Below are positions 55,681 to 64,000 of a stretch of 64,000 nt of DNA, one piece after another (position 1 is the stretch's first letter; each line of letters begins with the position of its first letter). The translations under genes were made by a program, and so were the position numbers. The stretch is from Octopus vulgaris (lineage: Eukaryota). The stretch lies in NCBI GenBank assembly GCA_951406725.2, contig OX597824.1:1364001-1428000 (forward strand), in the 5' to 3' direction. Below the pieces are notes generated by a model, which saw nothing but the letters and a program-made list of their open reading frames with translations, ran no database searches and was not told the origin of the DNA.

Positions 55681-57129
55681 ATGGACGTCTCTGTACATCA
55701 GTATGAATAATTCAGAAGGAGAAACTTAATTATTTCAACGTTCCGAGAATTGTTGCCTTCTTTTATTTTTATTGTTATTTTTAGTCATATTATTTTTATT
55801 TTACCATTCTTCTTTTCCATTTACATATTTTTTTTTTTACTTCTTACTTATATTATTATTTTTTTTTTCTCAAAAGAAGATACGAACAATTGAAATGTCA
55901 TAACAATGATTTGTTGCCTGAAAAGTAAATTTGGTTTACGAAAATAGAACGAAAATAGACTAAATCGGGGAAGCAATAGAGAACTAAAAAAGAGAGAAAG
56001 AAAGAAGAAAAAAGAGAGAGAGAGAGAGAGAACATATGATTGGAATATCAGAGTCTGTATCGCTTTTTGTAGATTTTCACAATGTTTAAAGTTGCATTGA
56101 GTTTAGTTTTGAGCAAGGTTAATCATTTGGATGTCACTGACATTTTCCCAATTTTTATAAACGAGGGTATATATATATAGATTTAGATGCATATACATAT
56201 ACATATATATATATATACACACACATATATATATATAAATATACATAAATATATATGTATATATCTGCGCACACACATATATATATATACATATGCATAT
56301 ACATACATGCATATATATATATATATATATATACAAACTTATATATTTACATATACATACACACACAACACACACATATATATATATATACACATATATA
56401 TACATATACATTTATACATATATATATATACACACACGTACTGCAAGTGAAACGGTATCATTTGTTAGAATGTTGCACATGATAGATTCGTATGATATAT
56501 ATATATGTGTGTATGTATGTTTGTGTGTGTGTGTGTGTGTGTGTTTATCTATCTCCCTATCTACACACACGTACACAGACGCACATACGAATGAACGAAT
56601 TCGCTGTATTAGTTTGAAGTTAAAGGAATGCCTGCTACTTCGCTTCGAAAATAGGGAAAGAAAAGAAGGTATGTCCTGTATGCATACACACACACACATA
56701 TATATATATATGTATAAATGTATATATATATGTATGTATACATGTATGTATGTATGTATGTATGTATGTATGTATATATGTATATATGTATGGATGTTAT
56801 TGTGGGGGTACTTGAGATAAGTGGTAGGAGGAGTGTAGAATCGATGATTCTGGAAAAGTCGTTTGACGCGGAGGGGACATGTGGTGAGAATGAATGGTGA
56901 AAAACTCCCGAAGCAACTTTTGCAAGGGGGCCAGCACGTGACCCCAAAATAAGTATTGCTCTGATACAGACTCGAGGTTGAGTTGTTGAGTGGGAGACGG
57001 AGGCACAAGACCGAAATGGATGGAGGAAAAAGAGTGCACAGTGGTTGTTCGAAGTCTGAAAGTAAGAGAGAGAGAGAGAGAGAGATAGATAGAGAGAGAG
57101 AGAGAGAGAATGAAGCGCGAGAAGATCAA

Positions 57130-57525
57130 GAGAAGGCTAAGAAAGAATGAAGCTGTGGAAAATGCATTGTCTGCGTGTGATTTGTGGGAGGAAATGGTTG
57201 AGTCGTGCAGGCCTGGTCGGCCATTAGAGAACTAACAGGAATCGACCCATGGTAAACTGTGATATGGCTATTGTTCAGAACAAGACATGTGTAACCTGTG
57301 GATAGGTGTACCCTTCAGCTGGAGGACTGAAAAATCATGTCAAAAGGCTTCATATCGTAGCATCTGTTCGCTCTGCCAGCCAGAACAGCTGTTCGTTATA
57401 CAATAGAATGTGCAAATCTGTGGCCGGGATCAAGAGTCATACAAGGGACTCACACTGCATCATCAATTACTCTTTTCAATGACTCTTTCCAGCAAGGGCT
57501 TTGCTTGAATACGAGAAAGCTGCTA
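57130..57525 (+). mobile_element. Decayed two-C2H2-finger LINE 3' fragment, similar to 53650-53935
   Basis: TCVTCG*VYPSAGGLKNHVKRLH and CSLYNRMCKSVAGIKSHTR. Confidence 0.55.
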
Positions 57526-57825
57526 ATATATATATATATATATGTGTGTGTGTGGTTAGAAAAATAACGAACTGTGGAGGGTTTCTACACAGTTAATCGA
57601 ACCGTGAATAACGAACTTAGCACTTCTCTTATTGAGATTAGTGTAACCCAAAGGGTTGCATTAACTCAGAAATCTGCTCATTTTGGGAACAACCAGGATT
57701 GCAAAAAGTCTCCTCGATATCTAAGGAGACTGGTTGTGACTCGGATCCCAGAACGTTGATTCTGGATGGAAGATATTCGTGCACACCATGAATAATAATA
57801 ATAATAACAACAATAATGAAAATAA

Positions 57826-57925
57826 GACCGGGAAATGTGTTGCAGATATAGTGAAAACCTGGTCCCTTTTTATCCAGAGCTTTAACAAACTGCTTCATAA
57901 TGTCAAGTTTGATATAGAGTCTCGG
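57826..57925 (-). mobile_element. DNA transposase fragment (LHIKLGLMKQFVKAL-type motif, possibly Chapaev3/CMC)
   Basis: PRLYIKLDIMKQFVKALDKKGPGFHYICNTFPGL. Confidence 0.5.
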
Positions 57926-57999
57926 TCCATCTAAAACCTCTTCTACTGCATTAAAAAGACCCTGGGACTAACGTTACCTGCTGATGACCGCAGGCAACA

Positions 58000-58943
58000 T
58001 TATGCCTAAGTACAAGTCTGTATGTTTACCGAGAATGTGGGATCAATTATATCGATTCCAGCACTCGACTGTTAGCTTAATTTGTCGACTCCGGAAATGA
58101 AAAAATTCGCCAGCAGTGGAATTTGAATGTAGACCCGCAAAAGGGATTCATCAAAACCTGAAGGTAAGGGCCATCTGCAAATAAAGCAAAACATTGTGCT
58201 GTAAGTGATATCGACCCCTGCAGATCTGCTGATATCTTTTGTACTTTATATGGAACAAGGCAATAATGGCCTGATTGGTGAAGAATATAGTTCTGGGGTT
58301 AATTTATCGGCCGAACAACTAGATTACGCAAACATAATCGTATACTTGTCAAATGGTGATAGAGGAGGACAGACACAAAGATACGCATGCACATACGCAC
58401 TCATAAACACACACACACACACAAGTTGGGCTTTCACACACTTTCGCTCATATGCATCCACAAAGCGTTGTTCGGCTTGGGGCTATAGAAGAACGCAAAC
58501 CAGATGCCGCGCAGTGGGATTGAACCGCAGCCTATACGATTAACTGCACAGCCATGTATGCTCCTATACTTTCGTAAACACGCATATATACAGAATGAGT
58601 GAGTAATCGTTCTATGGGTATTTGCTGATCAATACATTATTGAAAGACATGTTGACTACTTCTATCAGCAGAGATCTGTGAAAATCTAATAACAAAATCG
58701 GGCTTCGATTGCAGCAATGGCGATTTTGCTTACTTTCCATTTGCTCCAGATGTTGCGAAGTAAAGAAACGATTGAGCAGAGTAAATGCAATGATTACATA
58801 TTTATATAATATCTATTAGCATGGCTTAACATGGAAATCATTCTAAATATATTTGTGAACGCCATATTGAGAACAAAGAAAAACGCTTAAGGCATACATT
58901 CTACTCTGTGCATGCGTGCATGGATGAGAGCGAGCGAGTGAGT

Positions 58944-58982
<39 letters not shown>

Positions 58983-59472
58983 CAGAGAAAAGAGAGAGAA
59001 AATGTGTGTGTGTGTGCATGGGAACAGGTTTTTTTTATGCGTCTTAGTGTGTGTGTGTGTGTGGTGATGGTGTAAGAAGACTATTTTTTACCAAAGTATC
59101 TCTGAAAGAATCTTGAAATCGGTTTTCTATGCGATGATATTGATTTCTTATACTAACAAGTAAATGTGCTGACTTATGCCTAGGTACAAGTCTGTGTGTT
59201 TACTGGCAAAGGTGCAGTCAATTATATCGATTCCAGCACTCGGCTGTTAGTTTAATTTATCGATCCCGGAAAATGAAAGAAGAATTCATCAGCGGTGGGA
59301 TTTGAATGTAGACCCGCAAAAGGGATTCATCAAAACCTGAAGGTAAGGGCCATGTGCAAATAAAACAGAATGTGCTGTAAGCGATATCGACTCTGCAGAT
59401 CTGCTGATATCTTTTGTACTTTATATGGAACAAGGCAATAATGGCCCGATTGGTGAAGAATATAGTTCTGGG
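58000..59472 (+). repeat. Diverged ~300 bp direct duplication (58000-58297 and 59174-59472)
   Basis: ttatgccta.gtacaagtctgt...tttgaatgtagacccgcaaaagggattcatcaaaacctgaaggtaagggcc...gaagaatatagttctggg in both copies; each begins with a SINE B remnant. Confidence 0.9.
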
Positions 59473-59647
59473 ATTCTCAAACCGTTTGACTTAAGAACCG
59501 ATTCAATATTTCGATTCCTTACCTCTCAAAAGAAAAGGAGAAATAACAAATCTGAAAGCAAACAAAAGCAATACGTGAGTCCCAGCAATAAGTTACTATG
59601 TATATATCTATATACACGCATGCACTTGTATGTATATACATACATAC

Positions 59648-59707
<60 letters not shown>

Positions 59708-59793
59708 TCCCATGCACTTGTATATACATATATATACGTACATATAAGTGCATGCGTGTATAGATGTGCATTTATAAGCATGTAGATATATTG

Positions 59794-59827
<34 letters not shown>

Positions 59828-59834
59828 ATATTAC

Positions 59835-60625
59835 TAAGATGGTAATAATCTGCCGGCGATCGGATGGTTGGATTCTGAGATCATTCAAAAGGAAACCGTG
59901 TCGATCCTGCACAGAATATTCGTGCTCAGTTGCCTGGACGACTAAGCTCAATTAAGATCCCCCTCAAAGCGTCAAATTAACAGCGAACTCGAAGGAACCA
60001 AGCGCCGCTATTGCACCTAAAAGGTTGCCTACGTGCAAGAGATGATCCACTTGAAGGGGCTAAAAGAACAAAGCCTCCGATCCGCAGAGAGACATGAAGG
60101 TACACACACACGCACACAAATATATATACATTTACACATGCAATAAACATATTCATATATATCTTGTGTGTGTATTTATATATCTGTGTGTGTGTATCTA
60201 TCTGTCTGTCTGTCTATCTATCTATCTGGAAGATCCTGAAGGGTTTAAGCATCTAAATTTGGGATGAAAAATATGTCAAATTTTGAACTTGTTTTCACCG
60301 TATAACAACAGCAGTAAGGACCCACTGGTCTGATACCTAATGGTTCAGGTCCCACACCTTTTCATTACTATGCAAAAACTCCAAAGGGATCTACAAGGCG
60401 GAGATGTAGATATGTTCAAAAAACATTTACACATAGTTTTGTTTATTAGGGATATTAGACGAACCCACATCGGGGTAAGAAATGCCCTAAAATGCAGCTT
60501 TGACCGACTCATTGCTACACGGGAACCAAATATAGTGAGAGGAGAAGCATATTTGAAATAAAATAGCAGTCGCAATAATCGTGGTGGTCCAGCATGGCCA
60601 GTGCTACTGAGTGAAACAAATAAAT
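59835..60625 (+). mobile_element. Decayed CR1-group LINE 3' end interrupted by a microsatellite
   Basis: CRRSDGWILRSFK, EYSCSVAW, IWKILKGL and PHLF...DMFKKHL parallel the ORF at 34327-35076; tail ggtggtccagcatggcc...gaaacaaataaa. Confidence 0.7.
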
Positions 60626-60899
60626 TTCAAAGGTAAAGATATATTCAAAAGAAAATTTGATTAAAATGCTATTGCAAGTTTATTTCTGACACCATTTTCT
60701 AAGGTAACCTATTTTGAGAAATACTGGTTTAGTTTATTAAGAGGAAACCCTGGGCTTGGTTGGTCAACTATTTTATTGAGTGGGAAAGCGACAGACGCAA
60801 AGTTCACATCGGCAAGATAAGAACTCAACACAAAAAAGTGGCATCTTATATGGTAATGTTATTTCAATTTTTTTCAAAAGGCGAGGCATTTCTAGGGAG

Positions 60900-61247
60900 A
60901 AGATAAGTCGATTACACTGATCAATGTGTTTAAATTTATTGACCCCGAAAGGATTAAAAGCAAAGTCGACTTCGGCGGAATTCGAACTCAGAACGTAAAG
61001 ACAAACGAAATACCTATTTCTTTACTACCCACAAGGGGCTAAACACAGAGAGGAGAAGCAAGGACAGACAAACGAATTAAGTCGATTATATCGATCCCAG
61101 TGTGCAACTAGTACTTAATTTATCGACCCCGAAAGGATGAAAGGCAAAGTCGACCTCGGCGGAATTTGAACTCAGAACGTAGAGACAGATGAAATACCGC
61201 TATGCATTTCGCCCAACGTGCTAACGTTTCTGCCAGTTCTACGCCTT
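60900..61247 (-). mobile_element. SINE family B, full copy plus adjoining partial copy
   Basis: gaccccgaaaggat.aaa.gcaaagtcgac.tcggcggaatt.gaactcagaacgta occurs at ~60940-61000 and ~61125-61185. Confidence 0.88.
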
Positions 61248-61732
61248 AGATGTACAGAAAAATATTAATCAGGGAATATGTAAATATCGTACATAAGAGT
61301 CAAAGTCCGTGAATGTTAGACGAGGAAAATATAAGAGAAAAAATATACAGACATCTAATGGTATAATTGACTAAAGGCAGCCATTTAGAAGTGAGAAAAA
61401 AAGGGTCTTTCAATTAGTCTTTATATGTCTTTATAAATCTCATAAAAATTCATCCACCTGAATACAACCATGTAGAGATATATGTCTCCACACAGAAATT
61501 CATAGACATGTGTACTCAATCATTTATATAAACACACACACACACGTTTATCTCCGTAGCTCCATATTCCAGCTTGAGTCAAAATTTCTTTCGGATTTTC
61601 ATTGATGAATTTTGGCAACTTGCATCTCTGTGTTATATCATAATTTGATACAGCTTGTTATCCAACCGTTGCCGTCTTGTTTCTGCTTTATTATATTAAC
61701 AATGTTTATCTTTTATTTTACAGCTTTGATAA

Positions 61733-62500
61733 TGAGCAGTGAAAAAATTGCAATTAGAATCATTTCCTTTCTCTTTGGCAAAAAGACCTGAGATGAAGGG
61801 CAGCAGCAAAATAAACTAATGATGTACAAGGCTCTGCAACTGTCGACGAATGTGTGGTACAAGCCTGGTTCAGACGTTTCAACAGTGACACTAGCCTCGA
61901 AGACAAAGCAAGGTCAGGGAGATCTTCTGCCGTGCAGACGAGGCATTGCTTGAAATACTTGACCAACAACCAAGCACTTGTACATTGTCGACACAACTGG
62001 GTCCTTAACAAAGCGCCTCCATAAGCTGGGCTTTGTGACCAGACCCTGTCAAGAAGCTCCTCATGAACTGACCAATGACCAGGCTGAACTACTTATAAGC
62101 ATTCGGAAACAACTCCTGGTCAGTCTTCGGGATGCCACATTTTGGTGTGGATTATGTAACTGGGGATAAAACGTGGATTTATTTTCATAATCCTAGTAAC
62201 AGAAACCAATGACTTCCTGTTAGTCTCTTCGTTCAACCTTCAGCAGATGTGGTTTTAACCCAAGGTCATGTGTGTTTCGTGGAATTTCGAGGCGGAGAGG
62301 GACGCACTTGGAGATTGTTCCGGATGGCCATGCTGAGAACGGTAAACATTTATGCACAACAACTGCTGCGAGTCTATGATGCCTTGAAATCCGGCATTGG
62401 TCAATCAAAGACGCGCATTACTACAACATGAGAATGCCCCACCACACATTGTTACCAAGCAGATGCTTGAGAACCTCGAAGTGCTGGCTCACTCTGACTG
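61733..62500 (+). pseudogene. Mariner transposase pseudogene
   Basis: WFRRF...SLEDKARSGRS, APHELT (WVPHEL-like), VTGDKTWIYF and LLQHENAPPH, with stops and frameshifts. Confidence 0.88.
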
Positions 62501-63545
62501 CAATTACAGACCTTCGCTCACTCATAATATATGTGTGCATGTGTGTGTGTGTGTGTGTGTTTGTGTGTATGCGCACACACACATACACATATTCCAGGTC
62601 ACTGTTGTCTCCCTTGCAACCAACGCCCTAACCCAACATCTTTCACTTCCGGTCCTTTCGACATGCTCTAACCGTTTAATACAGACCCCTTCCCCCAACT
62701 ATCCTTTGCATGGAAAGGATAGATGGAGAGAGACTTCTATTTCTTCTCGAGCCTTATCTTTTCTTTTAACTCTATCTGAACGTATGTATATCTGTAAGCG
62801 CGTTCAGGCTTGTGTTGATTTATAAAGTGGAACGTTCTTTTATAAAATATTCTTTCATAGCATCTCATGTTCGACTCATTAGCAGAAAATGATTATTTAA
62901 TATAAATATATGTGATTTCTATGATTTCATTGCAAATTATTCATGGCCCAACCATAACTCTCAGATTTACATTGTGTCTAATCTAAAAATGCTGAGAATA
63001 TTTTCCTGTATTTACAGAAGTATAGAAATTGGCATGCGCGTTTTCGATCCGTTTCCGTTGTCCGTGTTAATTGTACGTTTTCCAATGTCTCGAATGGCCG
63101 AAGATCACAACATGAGATAATTCGGCATTTTTAATCAGTTTTTCTCTTTTGAATTGCATAACAAATAACAATATATTTCTGAAACTAGTTGAACAATACG
63201 TCCTTCCCGGATAAATCGCTATTAAAATTACACAGAAATATACAAGGAATAGTAAGATGCAACGGATACAGTGTAACACAAATATGTGTCTTGTGTTTGT
63301 GAAACATAAATAAATTGCTTTCAACAATTCCATATTTTCAATACGTGTTCTCTATTTACATTCCCAATAAAATAAAATAATAAGCAAAATATTTCACAAT
63401 CATACTGGAGCTGAAAATTATAAAATATTTACAAGGATATGTATATATAAACATATATGATTGTACATATGTGTGTGTGCACGCGCGCACGTACTACATA
63501 TACACACGCACTCACATTAAACTCATATACACAGACATATGCATA

Positions 63546-63577
<32 letters not shown>

Positions 63578-63587
63578 ACACACACAC

Positions 63588-63641
<54 letters not shown>

Positions 63642-63648
63642 GTATGTA

Positions 63649-63705
<57 letters not shown>

Positions 63706-64000
63706 ACACACACACACACACATATATATATATTTGGACTTTGGGTATATGTCTCGTAGTATGCCGATTAAAGCACTTCCAGTGCTTAGGCTACCTGATG
63801 CCATCCACACTTACGATATAATTGTCACTGAATTTACGTCAGGAGTTCCGCAGTGTACGTTGAATGGAACAGAAAAAGGATTTAGCCAGAATCTTTATTC
63901 AACACAACGATCGTTTCGACCCATCCTGCATCTATCATTTACAGGTGAAACATTGTACTGTCAGTTGTGTTGTATCCATCAATGCAAGCTGTGTCTTGTC

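Overview
AT-rich, microsatellite-saturated animal genomic DNA. The SINE families and repeat landscape look like Octopus (inference). Nearly all ORFs in the supplied track are translations of (TA)n/(CA)n/(TACA)n arrays. The window is intronic/intergenic and full of TE remnants: two main tRNA-derived SINE families, CR1-like, RTE-like, HERO-like and R4/Dong-like LINE pieces, mariner remnants and MITEs, a non-autonomous Helitron, and decayed Gypsy elements. The main unexplained structure is a dense set of short non-coding elements, mostly beside (TA)n arrays, carrying type I hammerhead ribozyme motifs and long inverted, palindromic or partial tandem ends. This is the signature of Penelope-like pLTR or retrozyme-type elements. 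Two well-flanked + strand micro-exons about 30 kb apart join in frame to a peptide ending in ...WMLQR-G-KR-EV*, suggesting a possible amidated peptide precursor. All coordinates and structures were read by eye, and family names are recognition-level calls, not database results.
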